Part shown: one piece after another, positions 36,501 to 49,350 of the stretch
Layout of the letters: every line of letters starts with the position of its first letter
Numbering within the stretch: the first letter of the stretch is position 1
NCBI GenBank assembly: GCA_973895155.1
Contig: OZ316891.1
Span: forward strand, 23,559,899-23,623,898
Origin: Marsupella aquatica
Lineage: Eukaryota > Plantae > Marchantiophyta
Direction of reading: 5' to 3'
DNA length: 64,000 bases
Notes under the pieces: generated by a model
Told to the model about the DNA's origin: nothing
The model's database searches: none
The model's input: only the letters and a program-made list of their open reading frames with translations
Made by a program: the position numbers and the translations under genes

Positions 36501-38200
36501 CCAAGATGAACCAGATGGAGTCTGTCATCATTGCAGAGCTCGACAAGGAGCTAAGAGCAACCCAGGAGGAGAAGGCTACCTTGAAGAAGGAATTGGAGGA
36601 AGCCCACAGGGAGCAGGAGGAGGCCAAAAACAAGCTGGAGGGGGCATGTAAGGACCTGGATGAAACCCAAGAGGAGTTGGAGGAAATCACGAGGAAGATG
36701 GAGAACCTACAGCGGCGGGCCGACAACCAAACAGAGCGGCTGAAGAAACAAGCCGCAGTATTTAAATGCTTAGCTGCAGCAGGTCCATCTCCTGTTGGGA
36801 CAAACCAGTTACCAGGGGTGGTAATTGCCGAAGGACAAGCCGCGCCACCTGCACCAGTGCCGGAGGTAAGTGGGAAGGGGAAGGGACCAGCTGCCGAGCC
36901 ACCAACGAAGAAGAAGCGGAAACCTTCAGGGTCAAGGAGTAATACGACTTCACAGGCCGTGGTGATCAAGGAGGTAGACCCAGCACCGACCCCAGACAGG
37001 GTCACGGCTAAGGATCCAACTACCCTAGGGGAAGGGGAGGCCGAAGCCGTGGGGTTGGCTGAGGCCGAAGCCGTGGGGTTGGCTGAAGCCGAAGCCGTGG
37101 GGGTGGCTGAAGCCGAAGCCGTGGGAGTTGTCGAGGCTGAAGCCGAAGGTGGACCCAGTCAGGCCGATGGAGAGTTGACTCGGTCAAGGGCAGGTAATCT
37201 GTTAGTAGGCGGGCCAACGGCAGTGGCTGAGGAGGAAGTGTTGGGGGCGTCCATTGAGGATCCACCACCGGTGTCGTGACGGTGCAAGGGCACCGTTCCT
37301 TCTAGGGAGGGCGGACGTGGAGGGAGGAGGCGTGAGTGGGCAGGGCGGGCACGGATCTCCACGTTTAGGATTAGGATCAGAACCAGGAGCGGCCCTGACA
37401 CTTAGCTTAGTGGGATTGCGGTCCCACTGGTAGGAGCAACACTTGTGCTCCTGCCTTGCTGTACATAGGTAGATTCGGGCAAGTAGATTACTGTTAAGTA
37501 GATTAGGCTTACGATGCAAAGAATGGCGGATCCACTACCAGGATAAGTACCTGGGCAGCGGGGAGCTCAGGGCCTCTTCTTTAGCAAGTTTTTAGTTTGC
37601 ACCAGCCGGGCTGGGATCAAGTAGTACGAGAAGCTCTCGGTTAGTCATACAGTGACCCTTGTGTATATTCATGTTTCCTCATGCCTAAGAGCTGAATAGA
37701 GTTGGCCTCACGGCTTAGTTCGCAGAACTTGTGTATGAGATGTACTGTTTGTATGGCAAGTGCATGGTATGACTCAGTCAGAATGAGTCATTTTGCTATT
37801 TGTGTGTCGCATTAACTTGTGTGAAGAGTGCCCACATCAACAGAAGGAAGGAAAGTAAGCAGGGGAGTGAGAGTTGGATGTGTCGAGCTGAGAGAGGTCT
37901 TAGCGGCTTAACCAAGCCTATTGGGGATCATTCCGGCGGCGGAATCCAAACATACCTAACAAGACGGAGGGGAAGACAGGGGAAGACAGGGGAAGGCCTA
38001 TATTAGGCCGGCTACGTATCTCATGACCCGATGAAGGATCTGTCCAGTATATGTGTGTAAAATGTTAATAGTAGTAGTAGAAGGTTAGCAGCGTCCCATG
38101 CCGCTAAGCCGCGGAAACGGCCTCGCCAAGCACAAAACCTGCGGGAATCGGCTTGAGCTGGGGGGTTTCTTGGGTTTAGGGAGCCATGGGACGCACCACA
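33529..38200 (+). repeat. Family A 5' LTR (4672 bp)
   Basis: Starts after the TSD, ends 4 nt before the PBS. Confidence 0.93.
33644..37279 (+). CDS. LTR-encoded protein (1211 aa from 33644, or 1125 aa from likely ATG 33902) with a single TAG at 34337
   Basis: FW N-terminal helix, GLEAFVRLPW..LLEFV..FYLTPKVIAEVFGLP (PMD/Transposase_32-like), long coiled coil, basic KKKRKP, AEAEAVG repeats. Confidence 0.8.
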
Positions 38201-38204
38201 TTTT

Positions 38205-38222
38205 TGGCGCTAGATGGAGGGG
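38205..38222 (+). other. Primer binding site
   Basis: TGGCGCTAGATGGAGGGG just after the LTR CA, identical at 29671; the cognate tRNA was not identified. Confidence 0.85.
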
Positions 38223-38269
38223 GCATTTCTTAAGCCGTGAGATATGAAGTTAGAACGGAAGCGTAGGTA

Positions 38270-40010
38270 ATGACTGACCTTACGCCGAGGGAAGAAAGAG
38301 TGATTCAACGGGAGAGAGCTTGACTGCAGCAGCTCGCCGGGTGGCATGATACACAGCGACTGAGAGGGGCAGAAAGAGCTGGTAGCTCCGAAACTGGAAG
38401 TGGCGTCGAAGAAGACATACCAGAAGAAGAGTTGGTAAGGAGAAGTGAGTCTCCAACCGACATGGGGGAACCAGAGGCACGGCCAGACGAGAGGCCAGGG
38501 ACCAGATTGAGCCAGCGGTCGCGCATACATTACAAGGCATTTCATGGGAGAGGAGATGAGGATCCGGACGAATGGTTGGATGATTTCGAGGGAACCGCTG
38601 CAGCAAATGGAGAATCGGCCATCAAGATGCAGATTCTTCCCGGCCTGTTCAAGGGTGAGGCTAGGCCTTGGTACAGAGCATTAGATGTGGAAGATCAAGC
38701 CATCTGGGATATCTTCAAAACACTCTTTGTTAAGGAGTTTCGACCCATTGGAACTTCAGAACTAGCAGTGCTGAAGTTGGGACAACTTCGGTTCAAGGAG
38801 AACAAATCCTTCAGGAAGTTCTTGCAACGCTTTCAGAAACTGGTAAGACGTACAAAGACCAATGCATCTGAAGGTATGCAACTTCAATGGTTGGTGAATG
38901 CTTTGCCACAGAAGATGAGTTTTGCAATTAGGAAGGAGAACCCGGAGACCTTAGCCGAAGCAATTAAGGATATTCAATTATACATTAATGCAGATATCAC
39001 AAGCCGGAAGAAACAGCTTAAGTCTGAGAGTTCCTCATCAGAGGAGGGATCACCCCATAAGAAAAAAGATAAGAAGAAGAAACATTCCAAGAAGTCTAGA
39101 AGTGATAAGTCAAGCTCGGATAGTGGGAGTAGCAAGAGTGAGTCATCTTCTAGTTCTGAAGAAGAAAAAACTAGGAAAAGGAAGGGCAGAAGGAGAGGGA
39201 AGACGAAAGTCAAGATGGAGGCTAAGCCACCAGATAACATCGTAGCCCTTACCGAGCAACTTAAGGCTATCATTGCAGAGGTAAAACCAAAGAAGAAGGT
39301 AGTACAGGAGGATAGCTCTGTATGGTGTGCCTTATGTTATAAAACCGGACACCATAAAGATGCTTGTCCTAAGCTTAATACTAATCATGTTCGGCATGTG
39401 GCCGAGATCAGACCATGTCAGGGAGAAGTAGAGTACTTTTTGGGAGATGCCGCTGATAGTGTTTTCGGCATCAGTGAGACTGGAGCACGAGACCTATCCA
39501 ACAGACCTGCATCTCTGTGGTCAGGATTAAGGAACAATCCAGGAGAGATGTATCCTCGGATTATTCAGAACCCGTCAGTACCTCCTAGGCCGAATGTGCA
39601 AAGATTTGCGGCGTGCTATAATTGTGGTCAACCTGGCCATTTTGCTAGAGAATGCCCGAATGCACGCAAACAGGGTGATGGACAACCAGCTCAGCTATGT
39701 ATGGGATGCCGACAGGAAGGTCATATGCTAGGGCAATGTCCTACTTGGTTGGCAGGCCTGGCCGCAAATCATAAGCTTTTGCCGATCAAGATCTTACCGC
39801 CAGGTACTACCCCCGGAGGAGTTCAAATCAACCACATCGAACTAGGATGGCAAGAGGATGCCGAGGCAGAGTTTGTACCATCTGATGATGAGGCCGAAGC
39901 CCTATCAACCTTCTCAGAGGAGGATTTAGATCATGATTGCTACCAGGTCTCTACTCGATCTACCAGAAGGAAGGAAAGGTGGGATGGGCTGGCCAAAAAT
40001 AAAGGGAAGG
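38270..40010 (+). pseudogene. gag: Gag, early TGA at 38321, cut by the deletion junction at 40010
   Basis: Gag domain plus three CCHC knuckles. Confidence 0.9.
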
Positions 40011-43000
40011 TCAGCTGCTTAGGCAAGCACTCGGGGAGAGAGTAGATACCGACGATCAACCTAAGGAGGGTATGAGCAACGTCAATCAAGCGGCACATTT
40101 CTGGGGATGCCTGTTCGAACGGGCAACTGAGTACATCAAGACTTACGAGGACGAGGAGTCAGAAAGGGCAGCTCGAGAACGGCAGGAGCTCGCTCGATTG
40201 TGGGAGCTGCAGAAGACGGCTTTCTTAGGAGGCGAACTCATCAAGGACGAGTTCCTGTGGACGCCTACTTCCAATCAACTCGACGATCTTCTGTTTTGCA
40301 AAGACAGCGTCGTCGGCATCCGAGAGGCCATCAAGAACTGCAACGACATACACTGGGAATTAAAGGGTAGCACGGAAAGGTGGACCCAGGCAACGGTGCT
40401 AGGAGAAACCTCCACGGCAGCAGAGATGAAGAGGAAGGGAGCCGTCAACGATGAAGCCACCCCGGCAAAAAGAACGAGGTCGGCGGCACCAAAGAAGCTA
40501 GCCGAGTAGCAGAGCAGGAGGCAGGGAGAAGCCGAAGAGGAGGAGGTCGATCCCATCAAGGCCATTCCAACCAGGGATGACACCTGGAAGGGCTGGGCGG
40601 CAACCCTACCGGTGGAGGTGCAACTACATTTTGCACGGGAGGAGGATGCATGCTTTACGGCCATGCAGACCAAGAAGTACCAAGGCTTCATGGCCGGATC
40701 CGGCTTGGAGGCCTTTGTAAGATTACCATGGCTGAAGCCGGAGGTACCGGAGTCAGACCTATTAGAATTCGTGGGGTCATGGGAACCCGAGACCAATTGC
40801 ACGAGGATATATGGGAAGGATTTCTATCTTACTCCCAAGGTGATTGCCGAAGTGTTTGGCTTGCCGATGGGCAATAAGACCAAAGTTGATACCAGGAAGA
40901 CCTTGCCTGACAAGGAGTTCCGGTCGTTCCCCGGGCCATCAACGAAGAATGGCTTCTTCCGGAACACCTGCACCAACCCGCACATAGGAGAGATGATCGA
41001 CTTCTTGCGGGTGACCATGCATTGTAACTTGCCGAGGGCAGAGATCGGCAAGGCACAGGTCTATCTGGCAGAAAGGCCAGACCCAAGCCGGGACTACAAC
41101 GGGTACCTCCTCAACCAATTGAAGAAGATCTTAAAGGAGGAGCAGCAGGTAATCGGCATGGGGAGCGTGTCGCGGCTTGGCTATCACATGCCGCTGTTGT
41201 GCCGGTATGCCAGAGGTCAGACTTTTGCCCCGGTACTTCCCCTGCAGGTAAGGGCACCCGAGGAAGCTCCAACGCCGAGGCCGTTGGCTGAGAAGCCTCA
41301 ACCACCTGTTAGTCCTACGATCGAGCAGGTGTTTAGGCCCAGGAAGGAAGACTTGCCGATGCAGCAACCAGGCATGCAGAGTCTGCTGAAACTACTGGAG
41401 AAAGAAAAGAAATCGGCATCGGCAACAACAACGGCAACGGCAACAATGCAGGACACTACTACAGAGGTAGGCCTACACCGGCTCACAAGAGAAAACCCCT
41501 TTGCTGGAGACAAGGAGAGAATCAGGCCGGAATCCAAGCCAGGTGTTCGAATGTACGTGGGAACCTCAAGCTCCGAATCTGAGGCAGAATTGCCTGAAGC
41601 TCCTACCGAGGAAGAGGAGAGGGAGAAGCCGGAAATCCAAGAGGTAGAGGAGGCAGTGGAGGACTGCAGCCATGATAATTCCGGCTATGGATCGGACCAT
41701 CACGTTCCAGGAGTAAGGACCTGTGGCCGGTTTGTCCCCACACTTCCAAGGGTAGTGCGAGGGGACCCCAACCAGCAGAGTAGCCCTGAGTCTCCCCCAC
41801 CAGATGTTGCTCCCCCGAGCTTCAACGGCATAAAACAGACGGTGCAGGAATTTCAGGAGCGAATCAAGCAGGAGGAAGAGGCCGCCCTGGCTAAGGAAAA
41901 GGATTTACCAGGAGGAGATTGGCCGGAGGACATCAGGCGGCTAGCCGAAAAAGGAAGCAAACCTCTAGCCACGATTGAAGAGATCCGCAGGACGGCTTGG
42001 GAGCAGAGGCCACGATGGGCGATGCCGATCACTTCTACTTACTCCACCTACGCTAAGAATAGAGCCATGGAGTATGGTGAGATGTGTGGGGAACTTGCGC
42101 TCGGCATCTTTGGAGAGGAGTTGGAGGTAGGACCCTTTTTCCATAGGGAGCAGTTGGAGAAGCACCAATTAGAAGAAGCGGTGGCTTTAGAGAGAAGCAA
42201 GAAGGACGAGGTCATTCGGCGGCTTAGGAGGATGGGAGCCGAGATTGAAGATCTAAGGGCGGCCAAGAAAGCCCAAGATGAACTGCGGATTAAACGACAT
42301 GAGCTGAATATCATGCAGGGGCAGTTGGACGCCGCGCAGGCTGATAATCAGAATATCAAGGATAAATTGACTCAGACGCAGGAAGAGTTGGCCGACACGA
42401 TCAAAGAAAGGGAAAAGTGGAAGCAAGAGCTGAAGAATACAGAGGAGGCCCACATAACAGCCAACAGCCGGGCCATGGCGGAGACCCAAAGAAAGGAATG
42501 GGCGTTGAAAGGGGAGCTCGAGAAAATCCGCGGAGCCCTTGAGCAGAAGGAGGTCGAGTTAGGGAAATCCTATCAAGGGATTATGGCGCTGCAGCAGGAG
42601 CTTGCGTCCCTGACGGCCAGCTTCAAGGCCGACCTAAGGGAGAAGGACGAGATGCTCGAACAGACTTACGCCAAGATGAACCAGATGGAGTCTGTCATCA
42701 TTGCAGAGCTCGACAAGGAGCTAAGAGCAACCCAGGAGGAGAAGGCTACCTTGAAGAAGGAATTGGAGGAAGCCCACAGGGAGCAGGAGGAGGCCAAAAA
42801 CAAGCTGGAGGGGGCATGTAAGGACCTGGATGAAACCCAAGAGGAGTTGGAGGAAATCACGAGGAAGATGGAGAACCTACAGCGGCGGGCCGACAACCAA
42901 ACAGAGCGGCTGAAGAAACAAGCCGCAGTATTTAAATGCTTAGCTGCAGCAGGTCCATCTCCTGTTGGGACAAACCAGTTACCAGGGGTGGTAATTGCCG

Positions 43001-44370
43001 AAGGACAAGCCGCGCCACCTGCACCAGTGCCGGAGGTAAGTGGGAAGGGGAAGGGACCAGCTGCCGAGCCACCAACGAAGAAGAAGCGGAAACCTTCAGG
43101 GTCAAGGAGTAATACGACTTCACAGGCCGTGGTGATCAAGGAGGTAGACCCAGCACCGACCCCAGACAGGGTCACGGCTAAGGATCCAACTACCCTAGGG
43201 GAAGGGGAGGCCGAAGCCGTGGGGTTGGCTGAGGCCGAAGCCGTGGGGTTGGCTGAAGCCGAAGCCGTGGGGGTGGCTGAAGCCGAAGCCGTGGGAGTTG
43301 TCGAGGCTGAAGCCGAAGGTGGACCCAGTCAGGCCGATGGAGAGTTGACTCGGTCAAGGGCAGGTAATCTGTCAGTAGGCGGGCCAACGGCAGTGGCTGA
43401 GGAGGAAGTGTTGGGGGCGTCCATTGAGGATCCACCACCGGTGTCGTGACGGTGCAAGGGCGCCGTTCCTTTTAGGGAGGGCGGACGTGGAGGGAGGAGG
43501 CGTGAGTGGGCAGGGCGGGCACGGATCTCCACGTTTAGGATTAGGATCAGAACCAGGAGCGGCCCTGACACTTAGCTTAGTGGGATTGCGGTCCCACTGG
43601 TAGGAGCAACACTTGTGCTCCTACCTTGCTGTACATAGGTAGATTCGGGCAAGTAGATTACTGTTAAGTAGATTAGGCTTACGATGCAAAGAATGGCGGA
43701 TCCACTACCAGGATAAGTACCTGGGCAGCGGGGAGCTCAGGGCCTCTTCTTTAGCAAGTTTTTAGTTTCCACCAGCCGGGCTGGGATCAAGTAGTACGAG
43801 AAGCTCTCGGTTAGTCATACAGTGACCCTTGTGTATATTCATGTTTCCTCATGCCTAAGAGCTGAATAGAGTTGGCCTCACGGCTTAGTTCGCAGAACTT
43901 GTGTATGAGATGTACTGTTTGTATGGCAAGTGCATGGTATGACTCAGTCAGAATGAGTCATTTTGCTATTTGTGTGTCGCATTAACTTGTGTGAAGAGTG
44001 CCCACATCAACAGAAGGAAGGAAAGTAAGCAGGGGAGTGAGAGTTGGATGTGTCGAGCTGAGAGAGGTCTTAGCGGCTTAACCAAGCCTATTGGGGATCA
44101 TTCCGGCGGCGGAATCCAAACATACCTAACAAGACGGAGGGGAAGACAGGGGAAGACAGGGGAAGGCCTATATTAGGCCGGCTACGTATCTCATGACCCG
44201 ATGAAGGATCTGTCCAGTATATGTGTGTAAAATGTTAATAGTAGTAGTAGAAGGTTAGCAGCGTCCCATGCCGCTAAGCCGCGGAAACGGCCTCGCCAAG
44301 CACGAAACCTGCGGGAATCGGCTTGAGCTGGGGGGTTTCTTGGGTTTAGGGAGCCATGGGACGCACCACA
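40010..44370 (+). repeat. Family A 3' LTR lacking its first ~311 bp; contains a second copy of the LTR ORF (40072-43449)
   Basis: Near-identical to 33840-38200. Confidence 0.93.
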
Positions 44371-44375
44371 ATTCC

Positions 44376-46203
44376 CTTTTGCCATGAGTTCTTCTTCCAA
44401 GCGGCTTACGATCCGTGGTTGGTGCTCTAACATGAAGAAGGCTGGTTGAAAGTACACCGAGACTTGTTGTCCGATGTACATCGCCAGCTCCCCTGATAGA
44501 GTCTGACTAAACTTCTAGACCAGGTCGTAGGCCATGGTCCCCGGGGCTACTTGGTAGTCCTCCATCCTCTCGGGCACCAGTGGTTCCTCGGGTGGGGCAA
44601 TAAGCTCCTCCGTAGTCTATACTAGGGAGGGGAAGGTTTCTGCAGGTGGTGGAGGGATTGGGGGTGGTTGTACTGGGGGTAGCGGAGGCTCAACGGAAGG
44701 GGGCGGTGGAATTTCAATAGGAGGGGGTGACGGAGTATTAATCGGGGCTTCCGGTTTGGGGTTTGCCCGAGGCACAGTAGTCTGCTTGCTCGGGGTAGCC
44801 TCCTCCGTAGTGGGGGTAACATTAGTCAGGGCTGAGGTGGCCATGTTCTTTCCCCTGGCCTCCCGCCGCGCTTTGTACCAGGCAAGGATGATGGCGATAT
44901 GACTTCCTAGGTAAGTCTTCCCCCCGATAGCCATACCTCCCTGAGCCCGCTTAAGCTCCCCCGAAAACCTACGGTAAAAACATTGGGCCCAGTTCCGTCG
45001 TTTTTACTATTCCACTTGTACGATTGTACAGAGGGAGATCTTGGATCGTGGCTCAATCATGTGAAGGGTAGTCCGTATGAAGTTAAGCCGCTCCATACAG
45101 ACTAAATTGGTGCACGACCCCTGCTTTTATCCGTTGTCTGTCTTACCCTCGGGTTTGAAGTGCCGAGGCGTATACTCCTTATCCCAAATTTGGAGTTCAA
45201 CTGACACCGGTCCGGTGGGCAGACAGAAGATCTGTGCTAACCGATGCTCCATGAGTGATAAGGTCTGCCCCGAAACCTTGGTGGTTGATGCATCAGTATC
45301 AAAATTGGAGATGAACTCACAAATCTCCTTTGGCCCAGCTGCGCACGGTCTCCATAGCAAGTGAGCAAATTGCTCCAACTGATGCCCCTTGAGATAGTCC
45401 GCGTGATCGAGTTTCTTGATCGCGATCCAGACTACTTTGGGGACGCGGATTACCTGTAATAAGTTGGACTTCAGGTTATTCGTGGGCCGTCGGGTCTGGT
45501 TGGTTGGGGGGTTGGTCGGGCCAGGTGCAGGGGCGACGTTGGTTTGCGTTGTTGCTTCGGGGGCCGGTGTCGTCCTTGCCCGCTTCCGAGAACACTGCTC
45601 AAGCTGCGGACTAACACGCTCGGAGTCCGAGGAACACTTGGTGTTGTTCACTGGACGGACTTGGGACCGGTTAGGAGGTATGCCGGTGGTCATTGGCTGA
45701 GGGGCTGGTGGTGTCGGGGTAGCCATATCCTGGGTGAAGGCGTTGGAGCTTTCCTCGAGGAACATAAGATTACGCGCCACTTCCCGTTGTCAGCTGATGT
45801 CTTCTTGGCGCTTTTTGGCCGCGATCTGCTGGTTGAGGTACCCTGGGATCTTGTCAAACTCCGCTTGAGTAAGCCGCTGGCTGCCCTTCAGCCTAAAGAA
45901 CTTTGCGGGGACTTCAAGAATCGCCTCTGCTACCGATCTAAGCCCTTTCTTGCTGAGATATAGCTTGGTGATGTAGTCTCGTAGCTTGTTGTAGCTGGAA
46001 TCCTGGGTGATGGCTGCCTTCTCGCAGTTAACCTGTGCTACCTTGGCCACCAACTTTGCGTATCTTCTTTTGTAAGCGGCTTTCTTGGGACAAGAGTACC
46101 AGTAAGTCTCGGAGAACTTAGCACCTACCTCGCCAAACAAGGTCCAAAATCCCAAGGTTGTAAGGGTCATACTAACCTTTGTAGTCTGGTTTGTTGAGTC
46201 CAC
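44376..46203 (-). pseudogene. Family B LTR ORF, N-terminal and PMD-like parts (continues at 33523 to about 33000)
   Basis: LGFWTLF; DYLKGHQLEQFAHLLW..ICEFISNFD..LAQIFCLPTG; IGGKTYLGSHIAIILAWY. Confidence 0.8.
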
Positions 46204-46959
46204 ATTCTCGTCCGGCCGGTCTGCTTGCTTGTGGAGGCCTTACTCGTCTTGACTAAATCTTGCCACAATCCGCCCTTATCCCTCGATGATCTCCTTGTAA
46301 AGGTCAGCTTGATTCAAGCCAAAGAGGCGAGAGAATGGTAGCGTCCACAGATTCTGAAAGGTGGAAATGAGCAAATGGCTCGCAGCTCCATCGACTCCGC
46401 TCTTATGGAGGTGCCAGGGTGAGCTCAAGCGTGAGAGGGAAAGGCTGTTTTGGTTGTTGATAATGAGCTAAAGTCGGCATCTCGGTCCAACCATGATTCT
46501 CCTAACGGATTTTTACTCCGCCGCCGCCACCGTACCGCGGTCGAGCATAATAATCCTCTTCCTTAATTTGTAATCATTCAATCAACTAACCTACTCCTAA
46601 TCTATTCATAATGGCAAAGACGGCTATTCGTGCTATTCTACGCTACGGCTATGGTCCTAATGACCGTATAAGTCTTAATCTAGGACCCGCGTTCGGTTAA
46701 GTGACATGTTACCCGTGTCACATGTATTAGTAAAATGAACATGGTGGAGGACGACGTTTCTTACATACAATGTACCATGCGACATTAGTAACTGCTTCCC
46801 ATACGACGTAAAAACAAAAAATGTCAGGTAGAAAGATGTAAAGTGAGATGGACAACGTAAAGTAACCAAGTAACATAGTCATATACGACGTTGTTTGAAA
46901 GAATGCAACGTTAAAAGTCAGACTTTCTTGTTCTCACATTGCGTTGAGGAAAATATTAC

Positions 46960-47723
46960 CTTTTCTGCAATCTTGTCTCCAATGGTGTCTGGTCGATACC
47001 GTGGAAGCCTACAGTGTTCCTCTAGGCAGTGAGTGTGATCCTTGTACACCCCTCTATACAAGATGCACCCACCTGGGCACATGTGGATAGTGTCTAAAGC
47101 CAATTCAATTGAGGCTAACAACTTCTTAGCCTCCCTCACACATCTAGGGAGAGTGTTTGGTTGGGGCAAGAGTTTGTCGTGGAACAATTGGAAGAGTGCA
47201 TCTGTATGGACATCCGAACCATTGAAAACTCCTTGCAAATTCAACATCAACAAAGTTGCACCCAACCTGGATTTGCAAAACCACAAACACCAGAATTTTT
47301 GTAGTTAGTCCAAGTAGCTAGATGGCATGCCTGGCACTACAACTTAGACTGCCCAATATTCACTAGATGAAATTCCAGAGTTGTGATAGTTTTAGGAAAA
47401 CCTTACCGTGAGGATGGAGATCCCTCAAATAGTGGTGTTTTGGCTTCAGTCTCCAAGTGATCCCAATCTTCTTGATCCACTTCCATGATAGGGTGCTCGG
47501 CATCAGGTGCATGAGGTCCAAAGTGAACATCAACAAGGTGGGCAAAGGCATCTTCTTCAAGGATAGGTTCATCTCCCTCATCTCCCTCATCGTCAACATC
47601 ATCATCCAACTCTCCATCATATGCATCATGGTACACTAGTACATATTTAGCTGATTTCCAATGCTCAATTTTTGCAAATAATTGGCGTCCGATTCTATTA
47701 TGGTCGCCAACCACCCGCGACAT
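46960..47723 (-). pseudogene. CACTA/En-Spm transposase N-terminal fragment with one intron
   Basis: TPLFEGSPSSR|LGATLLMLNLQ..LLPQPNTLP..EAKKLL..IHMCPGGCILY..C..C..PRY, the region upstream of Transposase_21. Confidence 0.8.
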
Positions 47724-48060
47724 AGCCTTTTATTTCCCTAACATTCTAAGACTAGACTATGAACCACTAACCTAACTAACCAAATGAAGCTACACACCCA
47801 AGACATTTAGATTTCATCCTGAGAACAATCACCATACCCCACAACTTCATATTCAACTATGGAGACTTGCTTCCTTGAATTACCACGCCTACCTCCGTAC
47901 CGGCGTCTTGAAGAGCCTCCATGCTCCATCTTGCTTGTCAAGAAGATGGTATGCTTAAAGAGCTGAATCCTCTCTTCCCAGTTTCTCCTTTGTGGCCTTG
48001 ACAGTGACTACCTAAACTGTGTCTGCCTTGGTTGTGCAGTCTTCAAGCTGAAATACCTTT

Positions 48061-48196
48061 ATCCCTACTCTTAACGCCATGATTGCCCTTATTCTTGCTA
48101 GCTTGCTAATTTTTATGCAATATCAATAGCTACTCCTTGCATATAGTAGCCTACTTAATCAGATCATAGAATAAGGACCATGTCATCGGCGTCACA
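48061..48196 (-). repeat. Family E LTR-like terminus fragment
   Basis: Similar to 20620-20754. Confidence 0.65.
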
Positions 48197-49039
48197 CTCT
48201 CCTAATGTTGTCGCTCGTTGTTTGCCAAGTCACATACTTAAAGCTCTACCTCTCTCACAGCAGATAGTGCCCAAAATCTTTGACTCAGATTCTGATGCAA
48301 GTTCTGGTCCTGAGCCCAGTTCTTACCATGTGTCGCCTAGTAAACCTGAGAATCGTCGTCTCTTGAGCGTTCCATTGCCAAGAAATGAGAAACTTTCAAT
48401 CCTAGGTTTAGGTCCGAGATGTTGCTTCAGGCCATCCATTCTAGGTTATGGAGAGGGTATCTCGGGGGGGGGGGGTCACTTCCGTGGAAGTGCCACATCA
48501 CGTGCGACAAAGTATAGGGCCATTTAATTGAGTTTGGCGGAAGACTTCTGAAGATTGGTGGAAGAACTAAAGGGTCCGTTTTAATTATTGGGTCGCTTTA
48601 AAGAACAATAGGCATTTTTTAATTGGGACATAGTCCACAGAAGTTGTCCAAAAAGTTAGGGATTTTATTGTCATATGTTCATGCGACACGCGTCATGTTT
48701 ACATTAGACCACGTGTCTCATTGTAATTACGACACGTGTTTTTAGGTGGTAAATATTAATTTTGCCGCAACATGAATGTTTCAATTTTTGCCCTATTGTA
48801 ACCAAACTTTATAATTGTCAACAATTTCTATTTGGGGTTTATTGGGACGGGGTCTAAAGTTGGTTAAGGGACCCCAGGGGACCGATGATGCCACTCAGGG
48901 TTTGTAAGGGCCGTCGATGTTTAGGGTTTAAGATCTGACGGTGCACAATGGCTCGGGTGGTGGCTGTAGGGGACGAGGACGGTGGGCCCGAGGTTGAGGG
49001 AGGACGCGCGAACATTGAGTTCCAAACTCAATGTTCACT

Positions 49040-49350
49040 TTCTTTGTGACAATTGGGAGGGCTGCATTGCACTGCTGCAACTTTCTTTGTGACAATTGGG
49101 AGGGGTTGCGCTTTGCTTTCTTTGTGACAATTGGGAGGGGTTGCGCTGCGCTTTCATTGTGACAATCGGGAGGGGCTACACTTTGCTTTCTTTGTGACAA
49201 TTGGGAGGGGTTGCGCTGTGCTTTCATCATGACAATCGGGAGGGCTGCGCTATGCTGCCGTGGAGGATCTTCAACTTTCTTTGTGACAATCGGGGCTGCA
49301 TTGCGCTGCCGCAACTTTGGAGGGTGACTGTGACTGATTTGCGCTGCCGC
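49040..49350 (+). repeat. Tandem ~35-40-bp repeats, core TTGTGACAATTGGGAGGG
   Basis: About 7 visible units. Confidence 0.9.

Larger units (their letters stand above)
33529..44370 (+). mobile_element. Family A copy 2, internally deleted (LTR-PBS-gag-truncated LTR), nested in B
   Basis: TSD ATTCC at 33524-33528 and 44371-44375; TG..CA ends; repeat offset 6170 bp. Confidence 0.95.
32135..46722 (-). mobile_element. Family B solo-LTR-like unit (~3.74 kb once the nested A copy is removed) with a decayed internal ORF
   Basis: Minus TGTGACAC start at 46722, CCTGACA end at 32135; ORF pieces homologous to A and C ORFs; frame ..ELMAKGN-EIGRLQML.. restored across the A insertion; no matching TSD. Confidence 0.65.

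Noticed and set aside
33644-37279. Host myosin/SMC-like gene or true envelope protein
   Set aside because: Intronless, multicopy, inside LTRs, with no transmembrane, signal peptide or ATPase motifs
3158-43571. Numerous antisense and overlapping ORFs of 60-195 aa over the family A LTRs
   Set aside because: Shadows of the purine-rich sense ORF; they repeat only because the DNA is duplicated
32130-46727. TSD for the family B unit
   Set aside because: Flanks TAGTT and TGTAT do not match; recombinant or misplaced boundary
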